This document shows positions 38,070 to 52,400 of a stretch of DNA of 63,932 bases, piece after piece. The position numbers were made by a program, and so were the translations under genes. The stretch is from NCBI GenBank assembly GCA_000934665.2, contig KZ538530.1, positions 1-63,932 on the forward strand, in the 5' to 3' direction. Position 1 is the stretch's first letter. Each line of letters starts with the position of its first letter. The notes under the pieces were generated by a model that saw only the letters and a list, made by a program, of their open reading frames with translations, did no database searches and was not told the DNA's origin. The stretch comes from Catajapyx aquilonaris. Its lineage: Eukaryota.

Positions 38070-38520
38070 TTAAAAACAATTGAGGAAGAAGGGCGAATAT
38101 CCATTTCCTTTTTTACACTTAAATATGTGTAAATATTTTCTAATCGTGATTGGCAATGAAAATCAATGCATTGCTCCAATTCAATCCAAAAATTTAGAAC
38201 TTATACTGATACTGAGATTTGCGATGGCGATTTTAAACCTATTATTAGCTCTCCTGTAAAATTTAAAAATGGTCCCTCTTTCTCCTTAATGCCGACGATA
38301 TTCAAGTCAAGAAAGGAAACGATGCTAATAATACGCAGAGAGTAAATACCTATTTTGACAACATCTATGGTCATCCCTCTCACCAAGGTACTACAGGGTG
38401 CAGGCCATTAGGTTGGTTGGAAGCGAAGTCTCTTGTAACTGCTCTTGAAGGTGTACGAATACTCGCTAACAGATTTAATTTATTATCCTGTCGAACTGTC
38501 AAGGCAAGTAGTGGCGTTAA

Positions 38521-38809
38521 AAAAAACATTATTTAAAATTTACCCCATGATAGGGCGGAGCACTTTTAGGGGGGAAGGGGAGGTTCCCGAGGGAGGGCGC
38601 TGTAATTATTGTCATTTCTAACTTTCTGAAATACACCTTTTCTCCTGGCCCCGGGCAGAGTAGGGAGTGCAAGTCTGCCGCTGCATGTCGGGTGAAAAGC
38701 GGAAAAAAGACCCGTCCAAGCAGAGGTGACGGGGACGGGATTTGAACCCCGGCCTCCCGCTTGGCTGGTCAGTGCAGTGGTGTAACCACCAGACCACCAT
38801 GCCTCCCCA
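38521..38809 (-). mobile_element. tRNA-derived SINE family B, second full copy
   Basis: The reverse complement is colinear with 9602-9886; 17-bp TSD GCAAGTAGTGG[C/A]GTTAA at 38504-38520 and 38810-38826. Confidence 0.9.
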
Positions 38810-39287
38810 GCAAGTAGTGGAGTTAATAACATACCAGCATAACATTGCAATGAGCCCCTTTATTTTTTCAATTTCTTTTAATTCACATTCACTGCCAGTA
38901 ATTGTAATATTACGAGTATTTTTCCATATAAACAATACCAATCAGTCATTTTTGTCAACTTATATTAACTAATCAAAATCACTCCTAGAGTATGTATTTC
39001 ACTTCTCTAAAAAACATTAAAACTGTATAGATATTGACAAATTAATACATTGTCATATACAATGAGGCTTTTTATAGCCTCTTTCCTACAAAAAGTCAAG
39101 TTTGTTCTACTACAGTACCGTAATAATTATGTCTGCAGTTGACACATCAGCAAGACAATCGAGTAAAAAATTGTATCCTATACTAGACCACAACACATTG
39201 GTATTGCCATATGTCGACAAATCTATGAATTTTTCTCTGCATAATCATTTTCCTGAAATCGAGGGAGCCAGCACACCAGTATAAGAG

Positions 39288-39626
39288 AGCCAGCGGTACC
39301 CCAAGAATGCACATCTGGCACCTACCACTTTTCAAATTTTTCCAAGGAAATTTTTCCATGTTCCAAGAAGAAAGTGAGGGTATCAAGTGAAGCGAACCTT
39401 ATCTCATTAAAAACATTACACTGGCAAAGGAAATATTATTCAGGTGCTTATACTTTTCATATTTAAATTGGCATTAAGATATGATGCACTTTTGTATATA
39501 AATTGTTTTATAAAGTAACAACATTCTTTCAAAAACGTCGCTTTTGCCATCTGGCAACCCGGAGTCGTTTGTGGAAATGTGAAAAGTGGGAGGTTCCAGA
39601 CGTGCATTCTCGGGGAACCGCTGGCT
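39288..39626. mobile_element. MITE-like element with ~55-bp imperfect TIRs
   Basis: AGCCAGCGGTACCCCAAGAATGCACATCTGG.. is inverted at ~39569-39626. Confidence 0.65.
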
Positions 39627-40297
39627 ACAAGGGAGTGTCCTTTTCCACTGAGCACAATAACTTATATCAACAGCTCACCTTCAACTCGACTAGGGCAACT
39701 GATAATCTTAATCATCATACTATTAAGTAAAAAATTAAGTGCAGTAAAACATCGTTGCAGTTATCCCAGCTGACGACGTGCACAAATATTTACACAATAC
39801 ATGATACCACATGCAAATCTTCATAGTACAGTACAGTCTACTGGCATAGGCATGTCCTGAATAAAGCACCTGTCACTATAACAATAAATAGCACGTGACA
39901 TACTGCTATAAATGAGGATAATAATTAGTCCTCCTTGTTCGGTAGTAATACTGCTTACTAAATCCAGCTGCTGGCTCCGATGTAGATGATAATAACAATT
40001 ACACACGATCAATTAACATAGCCATTATCGTCTAATTTAGTCTGTGTCATCATAGACATCTGCCTTGAACGCCATGTCATGTTGTCCGTCCACCTGTCCA
40101 GCAATTCTGTTGCATAATCCCCAAGGTTGCAGGTTTGCATCCCAACTCTCACATTTGGGTCCAGCAGATATGTACTTGTATATACAAAGGTAGTCTGTAG
40201 CATTGGTTAATGTTGCTATTGTAAATGGATTGTGGACTGATAGGTGTTGGGAGAATGGGCAGGAAGGCAGAGGCAATTGAGCACTCATCGGTATTAG

Positions 40298-43200
40298 TTA
40301 CACTGGAGCAGTTGGATTGGAAATGTCACTTGACGCGAGTGACATCCCCGAGTCACCGAATGTAGATGACACAGTAGACAGCCCGCATTTCATCTTCTTT
40401 CCTGAAATAATAATGGTTATTTAGTATAGAGGTTACAAGCATCACTCGGGTTACATGGCATGACTTTCAGCCAATATTATTCATTTTCATATGCCGAGAT
40501 ATCTGGATCACATACCATGAAGCAGGTATTCCAGCTCTTCTTCGTTCTTGCAATGGATGAAATCTTTTGGCCTGACTCCGTTTATGATTCGGATCAGACT
40601 GGACTTGAGGCGCCAGAATACCAAAAGCTGCTCTCGCTTATCGAAGTCCTCAATCAAGTCCTTGATCCCCTGCAAAGTCGTCAATTTAGTCATTGAGACA
40701 AGGCTTAATCGTGTCATTGGGATTCTTCAACATGAACATTGGAAAATATTCATTGCATCAATTTACATATGGCGCAAGTGCTCGCCAAACCTCTTCCAAA
40801 ATAACTCTTAATTCATGGCATTGTCAAGTTGTCCACAGGAGGTTGGTGGCCCTTTAAGAACATTGCGCAGACTGACCGTCTGTGACTTTGCAACTTGGGT
40901 CATGTACTGTACTCTGTGTGTTGGGAGGCGACGAGACGGTTTTCACAGTTTCTTGCAAATCATAATATAGTAGGCCTATTAAGCTGATGACCCATTATTA
41001 TTAGAGATGGGCTAGTGAAACAATATAACTTCTCAATATTCTCAATATTCTCTCAATATATCAAACAATTCAGAGCAAAACGTGGCCTGTTTCATGTACA
41101 CTTATGCTAATCTGCAAATTATATGTCTCATATTAAAGTTACCTGGGCTGCAGTGAAGTCTGCAAATTGAATATGATGACAGTCCAAGACGACAGGAAGG
41201 CGTGATTCTCCCAGTTTGAGTCCAGCCTTGCTCACCAAGTTTCGTATATAGCCCACTGATGGAAATACGAGGCTTCTATCCAGTGTCAGTAGAACGAATT
41301 CTGCTCCAGCTGAAGTCTGGAAAATAATTTTCGTATATCATCTACCACTGATCATGAATAATATATAATAATTTGAAATTAGGCCTTTTGCACAGATAAA
41401 AACAACACTAGCCAAGTGTAATGTGATGTTACGCATTAAAACCCGACCTTGAAAATTTTGGTATTAATATTTTTCATACTATATTCTTGGAAAAAAAGTC
41501 CCCTCGGATTTTTCTTAGCTACTGTTCACTAGAAATGATGAGTGACAGTTTATTTTCTGATTAGAGCAAAACAAAGACATAACAGAAATGAGCTGTTTAA
41601 TAGGCCTATGCAAATGTGATTTTCATTTGAAATGCTCGCTTCATGTTTCAAAATCCAGCCATATAATAAGGATTCAAAATATCCTTATTTGTGGAGGAAA
41701 TTATTGGTGAATATATTATGTGATAAGATTACCAACCACTGCTTTTTTGGCTTTGACCCCAGGGATGGCAGCATAGTAGAGAAGATAGATGACGCTTATG
41801 CCAAGGCCGGTTAAGATGCCAAATTCTAGTCCTACTAGCAGAGCTACCACAAAAGTGGCAATGGCTGGTATCAGGTCCATCTCTGAGGAGTAAATTAATT
41901 AATGAACAAGGTTCTACATTATACAAGGTAAAATACGTTTCCCCCCAAAAATTAACCATCATTAATACGTATATTTTCCTTCACGTGAAGTACCCAGACA
42001 AGGCTACAATCATTTATATTTAAAGTGACAAGCTATTTTCAGATGGATTAAGCCGATTAACCCTGTGTGGTAGAAATGTAGAATATCTTCATGGTGCGCA
42101 ACATAAATTAACCAATGTAATAGCAAACGCTTTCCGCAGTAGCGCCAGGTAGAGGACATTAGTATAAAATTAATACGTTACAAAAGCAATATCATTCCCC
42201 AGTTCTGACAGTAGCCTACTGTAATAGTGCTGGTTCCCTCTAGCATCTCCATGGCTCAACAAGTTCTTGTCAGTGCCCCCGCCGGGAATCGAACCCAGGT
42301 CCACACTCGACCGAATGTTTGCTCTACCACTAAGCTACAGAGGCGCCTTGTTTGTTTTGCCATGGAAGGTGAGAATATTGTTATGCGACGTGACTTATTC
42401 CACACCAAGCTCTTGTCCACACTTAAATAAATTTATATACCCTGATGGTACTGCACTGGAACGACTCACTCTTTGTTCTCCAGATAAACAGCAAGACACG
42501 GAATTCCACCATGAGTATGACAGCACAAATGATGACGGCTGACAGAGCTGCTTTCGGAATATAGTAGAAAGAAGGCGTGAGGAACTGCAAAGCCAGCAAT
42601 ACCAGTACACCTGAAAATAAGTGTATGTAGTGTAATAAAAGTATGATCAAAAACTTCAATCCAAATATTGGACATAATTTTGAGAGCAGTAGTTAGCCCA
42701 AGGCTTAGACGTGCGTTTGTATATGCATTATGCACTCTTACCTGTGACGAATCCACCCAAAGGACTTTGCACTCCAGAGGAATGGTTGACTGTAGTCCGG
42801 GAAAACGATCCGGTGACAGGCATGGATCCAAAGAATGAACCGATTATGTTGCTAACTCCAATGGTCAGCATTTCTTGCGAAGCATCCACTGGACGTGCGC
42901 CAGCTGAACATAACAATTATATTTAGATGGGTTTTTTTGGTACATATCAGGGCAATCAAAAGTTTCCTTATGTCAGAAAATGTTAGCAAACACACCGTCA
43001 TTTGGTTATACAGTAGTCTACTTATTACTCTCATACTGGTTACATACAACCTCAGTTCATTCTTAATTAGAAGGTAGTGGTCAATAAAACAAAGTGGAAC
43101 CAATTGCCAATAAAATGAGGAAAAGCCTGTTTGTGTTGTCAGTTCTTTCACGAAAACAACTTTTTCTTCAGTGATTTCGATTCGCTTCAGTTCACTTTTC

Positions 43201-46200
43201 GTTGTTTTTATAATATAGACTATAGACTAAAAGTGTAATATCATAGTTTAGTACAGTATGGTTATCATCGTCGTTGTCGTCATCTACAGTTGCCGTTGAA
43301 GACCAGTACAGTATGTATAATAATTGTCCCACAAAGACAGTAAATTAGTGAGCCCTAGGCTAAAAATTATTCGAGTTATAAAGATCCTATAAACAAGTTT
43401 ATTGCGTCCAGAGCGTACACAGGACACGTGCGTATACGTATACTCGAAAGTATACTGGCCAGGCGTGCAATATGTATTAACTTGCTTCTGCAACCGACCT
43501 CGTCACTGTCCTCGGCAAGGAAACAAGGTCAAGTAACTTCGTTTCAAGGCCTTCCCCACCCCACCATCCTCCGTCTGAGGTATATCATTACCGTGAGAAC
43601 GACCCGACGAATGCTATCGAATACGCCCCGAACTATAGAACAATGAAGATACTGGACATTTGTGTAGACTACTCTATAAAAATGAAGATGTAGCACAATA
43701 TCAATAGTCCAGTGTTCATTGATACTTATAGTAAACTGTTAGTCTCTTACACACTCATAACATTTATGGAAAGCGAAAATGTGCTTACCGCAAGCTTTGG
43801 CAATTGATATGTGCTCCATTAGCGCCAAAAGTGGAAGAACAATAAAGGCAGAACTCATTTCGGACGCCATTTGATGAAATGTTACCGTTTCGTTCTTGTT
43901 CTGCACGCTGAACGGTGGTACCGCAAAGGGTGGCAGTCCAGCATTGATGTCACCTGCAACAAGGTTACCGTAAATGGTCAGGTGCATATTTTATAAAGCC
44001 TGGTCAGTCACCATCCAATGACAGTAAAAACATTTCATCCCCACAAAAATTAGTAGGTACCGGTAATGTGAATCCCGTGCAAAATCAGCATCACGCTATT
44101 CACATTCTTAATATCCATGAGAAAATGCCTCTTTTATTTGGGGACAAATACGCAGTAATACCGACATCGTAAAGTTAACTAGTACATTAATGATCACTCT
44201 GTGGAAAAAGCTACATTCTATTGAGAAAAATCTTGCTTTGTTGCTAACTAGCTACATGCAGTGTTCCTATGAAGAATCGCCCTTCATATCGGAGCGAGGT
44301 TCCTTGCTAATTTCCAAGACAAACTTGCTCTAGTTTATTTTGAACATGATTACGGAGGAAATTTGCCTTAATTTCTGTTATGCTGTCCAAGGCTATACGG
44401 CAGAGAATATCCTATGGTTGTGTGAAATAATCCGCCGGACGGAAATTTATCAGCGCATGCCGAAACTTAACTTAACATTCGATCTCCGTATTTAAAAAAA
44501 AGCCCAAATAGCCAAAACAATAATTATAATAGGGTAAATTTGTCTTGGAATATCGAAACAAACGTAAGTCCGATTTGACAATGACACATCCTGCATACTG
44601 CCTTAGATACTGCATATAGTGCTTCGAAACATGATAGGCCTAACAATACGCCTGCAAGCAGGAAGAACAGACGTGAGACCTTACAACACCAGACTGTAAT
44701 TATACCACATATAGGGTACGTCAAAGGGTGAAAAAGTGCATATTCTGAGCGAATAAACGGATGTGAGCGCGTGAAAGAAACCCTTTTGTATTTTCTTCTC
44801 CTTTTTCCTTCATCTGCAATGAATTTCTCAGTCAGCCAAGCAAGAAATAAATGAACACGAAGTCACTATCATTTTTTCCGGATCAATGTCCTTAGCGTGT
44901 CTTGCACCTGGATGGGGAAGATCATCTGTACATCCATCTCTCTGAGGCCATAGGACCTTGACTGAACACCTATACCGTGGGATATTTTCGGTCAACCCGG
45001 AAAGATAAACAATAACAAACGCCAGAGGTGCTATTAGAAGTCCAAATTACGTGCAGCACAGTTATCCGTGTACGTGAGCACAGCAGGCTACAGAACAGGG
45101 TCAAATTCTTCGAAATAGGCCATTATTCTACATAGTACTTGGAATTCACAGCTAGAGATTGACATTTCCGGACACAAATATAGAGCTGCTTTAATTCCAT
45201 TGGCCACTTTCTAACTGCGTGCATATCAGCAAGTAAATAATTTTTTATCGAGCTGAATTTTTTTTGAAGTTAATACGCTAAATATTTTCTTCTCTGCCTT
45301 CATGGTAGAATGTCACAAGTAATGCAACGTAATATGAAGCATATTGCCCCATGATCGTGTACTTACCAGTTAGAGAGAAAGGAACGGTCTCATGCTTGCA
45401 GATGATAATGTAAGCAACAAGAGCTGTGAGGATGACGGTGAGGGCATTTCGGGCTGTGGAAATGAACCAAATGGTTGATCCTATGCAGCGCCGGAATCTT
45501 CCTGGGGGTCCTTCCTCCGCTTGCTCTGAAAACCAGTCACCAACTTCTTTCAGTTTCTGAAAAAGGAAGAATGCAAGCAGGTTAGCGGGTGTTATCAACA
45601 ATACCACGACACGGGCTGATGACACTGGTCACTGACCCTGAGGATCATTATGAAGACGCTGCATCCGAGACCTAGGAGGGCATCCCAGAGTCTCGTTTCC
45701 GAAATGTGGGCACCGACTTGCTCCCAAGTGTCCATAAATCCGTTAGCTTGTATTTTTAGACCTAGAAGACCCTTGAGTTGAGTGGCAGCAATAGTTAGGG
45801 CTGCTGCAGAACTAAATGCGCTCGTCACGGGTCGGGAGATGAAGTTGATTATAAAGCCTGACAAAAAGAGGAACAAAATAAATAAACGATATGCCTCTCA
45901 AAAATCTGGACTTTCGGAACAAAAATTTCGTTCACATTTGTATCGGTGAAAATTTCTCAAAACTTATTGGCCGCGTAAAAGTGGTATCTACTCATGTGCT
46001 CTAGTACCTGCCAAGTACAGTACGAGTCCCTCTCTTGCAGTGATGGAGAGTAAAGTGACTCACGAGTGTACGTGACATTTCCACCGATACGGATGAGAAC
46101 GGAATTTTGAAACACATGTGTTTCAAAACGATACATCATGCATGGTGTATCGTGTATGCGTATAAAAACAAATTCTTTAATAAACAGTACTGCATATACT

Positions 46201-46439
46201 GACCTAACTGGAAGATGCCCATAAGTAGAGTAACTACTCCGGTAAAGAAGCAGAGGAAGATGGCATACAAAAGTGGAGAAGGCTTGTCGTGCACATATCC
46301 ATAAGTGATGATGGCCAGGACAGCTGTGGGACCAATGGTCACTTCCTTTGTACTGCCCAGGAAGATGTACACAAAACATCCAACGAATCCAGAGTACAAG
46401 CCATACTGCAATGAAGGATTATTATTATTATTATTATTA

Positions 46440-46478
<39 letters not shown>

Positions 46479-49400
46479 GAATCAAATTCATGGTAGTTTC
46501 ATTTTTTATGTCTCTTGTACCACCTGGGTATGGCATCTCACGTTGCAGTCACACAGCCGGACAGCCCATATCCGTTGATAATATTATTTTAGACTAGAGC
46601 AACTTAAGAAATCAAATAATAGTGCAGAAGGCCTAGATGTTGTTTGTGGTATCCTTTCGATTGTAACGATAACCTTGGTTGGATATCCGGAAAGCCCAAT
46701 AAAAGGTACTGACATTCACGGTTCTTTATGTCACAAACTAGTCTATCACATGGTCTATAGTTTCGTGTCCCTCTTCGAAGCCGCAAGCGTTACATTAGGA
46801 TTTTTGGTCGGGTGCAGTTATTGGCCTTTCTAATTTCGTGTAAAAAATCATCTGTGATTCACACTATATTTAGTTACACTGTGCATTGTTATTTTCAAGG
46901 AGAATTCAGTTTGCGGTTGCTTTCTCATAAAAAATCTAACAAGGAAATAAATTCGCCGCATGCTTTCTACAATTGAAAATCTGCATACTTGGATGACTGA
47001 TTTTAGAGGGAAAAAATTAAAGAAATTGGTCAGCTCGTGAATAACCTACAGCACAATCACACTGGTCCACTGGTGCGGGGATCTGATTTCACAAAGTAGC
47101 CTACATTATCTACTTTAACATGCTGTTAATTTTTGAACAGAATTGTCGAACTGCATATTATTGTTGAATGGCATTACTCTTGATTCCCTGCGTAATATGC
47201 CAGGGAACTGCTGGCGCGTGCTTGGGAATTCGGTTAGCCTACATTCATACTCCCAAGAAATAATAATTACTATTATGCCAGGTCAGCACTCGAAGCAGTC
47301 GAACAGATGTGCCCGACATAAATTATAGTATTACCATGTGTGCAGAAACAATTATACCTGCTGACCTTCCTCAAAGTGTATAGTATAGGTCTACCAATTC
47401 ATGCATACGTCATTTATCCAAGAAAGTATGCTCATTGTCATGGACTCGATATTATCGAAGATCAATTTTTAATTGTATTTTTAAATTTCCTGGCAAGTCT
47501 CATGTGAGTACAATATATGATGATGCCTCTTGTTGTAGGCAGAGTGGTACTATCAGTCCAACAAGAATTGTCGCAGCGGCAGCGCACGAACTACACACAC
47601 GAGAGACTGTAGTTCGCGCGCTGCCGCTGCGACAATTCTTGTTGGACAGGAGGTACACTATCCAAGGCCCCAGTTCCAAGAGGAGGGAAGACGAAGTCAT
47701 GGATTGTTTACTCCAGCATCCAGTTAGTTATACAATGAAGTAACAACCATGACAAGTGCATATGGCCCTGACTGACATTTCAGAAAGATTTCTTCTCTCG
47801 TTGCTACCTGGTAAACAATCTAAAATTTCTTCCCTTAGTAGCCCCACCATGAACTGCGTATTTGGGGGATGAAAAAAAAAAGAAAACTTGTTCAATAAAA
47901 GATGTCCGATGTCGATTGTTCCAATAGGTCATTTCCTATTGTAAATTTATTGCAATTCAGAGCCCGGATGGAAGATTCAAATCGTCTTAATATTATCAGT
48001 TAATACTTTTGATAGCCACTACAATAATTAACCCAAAGTAATTCCTCGAGAATAAGCAGATTAGAGAGAGTTGCTAACAAAAACGGATATTTTACTTATA
48101 ATGTATTGGAACAGCATGTATAATGTGTCGCAAGGCTTTATTGTAGGCTTCCGGCAGTTTCGTAGAGAGGAAAAGTGTCCCGCGGCAACAAAGATTTTTA
48201 CCACCCCAACGAAAGGATTACAGACAAAACAGAGTCGTTGGCAATTTGAAGGTTAATAAGCAGCGATTCACTTACGAGTATAGATCTACTAGTAATAGTC
48301 TCACCGTGCATTAATCATAAAATTAACAGCGGGAAATTTATTAACAATTAAAAATTTCCATGACAGATGATTGCAACTGGACTTTAAAAGGCAATCAAAA
48401 TACATTGTACGCCGGCGCCGCGGCGCGGCGTCAGGAAAAAAAGTGGCATTTTTATTTGATATTGGAGGAGATACACGATGATATACAGTGAACGACTTAA
48501 CAAAACAACATATGAAAAGTACTTGCGCCACTGAATTTACAAGTATGAAAGTCATTCATATAGGTAATTTATTATATCCTTTTTTCGCACGAAATTCATT
48601 GACTTATTCTTATCCAACTCACCTCCAGTTCATCCTCCTCGTGGTGGTCGTGATACCTGAAGGTTAACTACAGTGACACAGGCTACCAGTGTGCTACAGT
48701 ATAACTCTTACATAATATATGAAAATGACCTTGCTCTGGTCAACTCAGCTACACTAATCCCTGACGAGTCCAGAATTACAATCAACAACTGAAAAGAAGT
48801 TCAGTTTTCATTTAGGTAGAAGTGGTACACGCATTATGACCCCGAACAGCGGCCTTTTCCTGACTAAACCTCCAATGCCACCAACTATAGTTGAGTTGAC
48901 GTTGACTTGTCACGAGATAGGGAAAAAACGTTGCATTATGGCAATTTTTCTTCCTACATGACACTATAGCTCTAACATACAGCATAACTTGCTAGGTACA
49001 GTATACTGTAGTGTTACACGTAGGCCCCTATACGGACGCCGTACATAATGATATTTGCCTTGTCTAGAAAGTAAGGGCCACTGAGAAGTTAAAATTTTTC
49101 AATTTCCTCTTCAAACCCCCACATCAGCGTGGTGCCAAACAGTAATAGCTAAATATATACACTATCATGAAGTTTGACGGTAGCAATTTTTTAAGCATTT
49201 TAGATACCCAAACTTCCCTTACAAGTTAGACAGAAATACTTATATGACAAGCCTTACCTGAGGTTCAAGGCCAGCTACGGTGGCATAGGCAAGTCCCTGC
49301 GGAAGAATGGTGAGTCCGACGGTAAATCCAGCGATCATGTCGGAGATGAGCTTGGAGAAGGAGTAGTTTGGCAGCCATGAGAGCAGCGGAAGACGGCGTC

Positions 49401-52400
49401 GAAATGTCTTCGGTCGACATGTCCGCCTGGCCCACGCTGACCCGGCACCTTTGGCCAACTTCCACACGCCAGACGATGCTTTGCTGGGCTCGGGAGAAGC
49501 ACTAGGCGACGTCGACGTTGGCGACGGACTCTCTACAGCCCAGTCAGGAATCATTCCTAAGGGTGACAACGTTCATTGCTATAACTTGGGAACATCTTGG
49601 GCCAAGGCAACTCAAATAGTGTACGGCGTCTTCCAGCCAAGATCATTTTCCGTGGTTCAAAAGAAGACTCGTTTTTTTTAAGATTCGGGAATTAAGGAGC
49701 TCTATAGTTAAAAGTATAATCGACATGCACTTTAAAGGTCATACGTGTACTAAGGTGAAGCGTTGTGTTTTAAGTGTAACAGGTGAAATCGCAACATTAT
49801 GTTATGATTTCACGTCACACCTGAACAATTTGTGTGTTACAAATCTTACAATATTTAATAGAGCGCATGACTGGGGATCAAGTTACGCATTGCGTATAAC
49901 AAACGCATAACCACAACATTTGACGTAAGCTTCCGGGTACCTTTTATTACCTGCTACATTATTATTTATCCCCAGCATTTTCTCTCAATCCAAGACGTCG
50001 TTTTTGGCGCAACCTATACGCAAAAATCATTCCGGATCATCACATCCCAACAACAGGGTCCCCATCTGTGAGAACCCTTAATATTATGCCCATATAAATC
50101 GAGTCACTTTTATAGTGTGATACGACACCCCCCACAATTGTTATTCTTTTATCATAGTATATTTATTACAAGCTCGATCCTGAGTCGTCATGCAGAGTGA
50201 CCTCTCTTCACCTGTCACTGTGTGATGATCGCACCACGTTTGAACAAAGAGCGCCTTCTTATTTATAGCTGGCAACTGACAGGCACACACTTTCGTAGTA
50301 AATACAGAACATACCTGCAATAAACACGAGTGTTGTAGTGCGCAAAATAGAGAGTACGGAACCGGCAGATTCCGAAGCAGATCAAGAGCCGGATGTTGCA
50401 ATATTGTGGCAGTTATTGTAGTGTCCGGGTTCGACATGCAGACAGGATCGCATACAACCAATAGGGTACGAGCACCATTTCTATGATGGGTCACTATAAT
50501 TATATAGGAATGCGAATGTGCGGGTATATCATACAATATGGAGTGTATTCTGGGGAAAGTGGATCCACGACACTGTAGTCGTTCGTCACTTCCTCTATCA
50601 TTTATTTATTTTTCCTCTCCGGGAATCGAACTCGGGGCCTCCGGCATTAATCTAATATTATAGCCTACTAGTTTCCAGATTTCTTAATCACAGTCTTGCA
50701 TGGTTATACCCATCTGTAGGTTTGCCAAAAATATATTCAATAATATTATACGTGCTACGTTATTGTACAGTACAGTACAGGCATCTGACACCGGAGTCAC
50801 AATTCTCTCTACGACTCTACATTATACACTGCCAACTAATATTCGGGATACCAATAAAATATTTTCCACTCGACTCTGTTACCTGCACATTTTTTATACC
50901 ATACGATAAAATTACCATCATCACAGTGTTCCATTTGATTTATTGAGTCCGTCTGAAAAAGGAATAACTCAACGCATGCTACAATACAGTATGATTCATT
51001 CATGACTGATTTGGCGGGAGTCACGATGTACACCATACGATCTACTCGCATTATGTTATTGACATTGAGGACAGGACATCACGCGAAGCACCCAGCTGAT
51101 AAATAACTCGTCCCGGACCTTATGATATGCTGTCCATGGATATATTTTTCTGAGCTCTACTTTTAATTTTATATCATGTGTCGTGACGGATGCAGATTGT
51201 AAACATACATTATGTCTCTAGTAAGTTACTTTACCTGGCAAATTCTACATATGTCGCTGAGTCACACGCCGCAACCACATTTAAATGCAGTCAGATATTG
51301 AAGATAGGTCACTTCTGCAAACTGGTTGCAGTATAATTCATATTTGAAGTTGCGTAACTCGTAAACAGCTTAATAGCTGTCCACTACTAAAAATATTACC
51401 CGGACCAACACATTGAATTGTCTCTTCTGGCGCAAACACATCATGTACAATTTTATTATCTTTCCCAAAGATGTGTATCTCAGAATGTGACGACTACCTG
51501 CCACGCCTTTATGAAAACTCCGACCTTGATCTTTTCAGAGCGTATATATTTGGATGCATTTAAGATTATTATTAATTGATTAGTACATGTACGTATATAC
51601 AGTAAATGAACCTACTCCGTTACCTGTTCGGCAAGCTTGGTTCATAATCATACACATTACTGCACCTTTTTATTCAAATACGTGCATAAAACAAGTCCAT
51701 ATAGGAAGCAGTTTGTTTCCATTCTTCTCTGTCCCTACAAAAACCAAAATCTCGCACGAGAAGTCCTTGACAAAAATTTCATTTCCGAATTTACTGGGGT
51801 CTATCTCAGCTTCCTTATTTATTTCAACTGCAAATTCACTCTTGCACGCTGCGGGAAAACATCGAAGCACGTGATAATTATTTCTGCGTCATTCTCAGAG
51901 TAGGCCTACATGTAGCAAGTGCACACTCTGACGACTGGAGCTTCCAACTTAATTACTCATAAAATAAAAGTTTTAAAGCCTATCTTGTCAACTTCATGTA
52001 GGCTACATTTTTCTTACTTTGTAAAATAATTACTCGGGCAAATTCGGCCTGGCGGTTATGAAATGTGTCGCAAAAAGACGTCATTCTGTTGTCGAATTTG
52101 AATGCCAAAATACCAGCGTCCATTATTGATGTACTTATGTAATGCGCTGCACTATATTAATCAGTATTTATATTGCATATCGGGTTAAATGACAGCAATC
52201 AAATGCAGCAATATTTTATTACCAAGTTTTATGCAAAACTTAATCATGAGTTGCAGTTGTCTTGCTATTAAATATGGTACCTTAATAAATTTCCATACGA
52301 AATGCTGTGCAGCAGTAGTAATGTTGGTGTTGCACTATTTATAACGTACCGCTGTCCTCCCCCCACTCTATAAGTTCCATATTAAAATATTAAAATGAGT

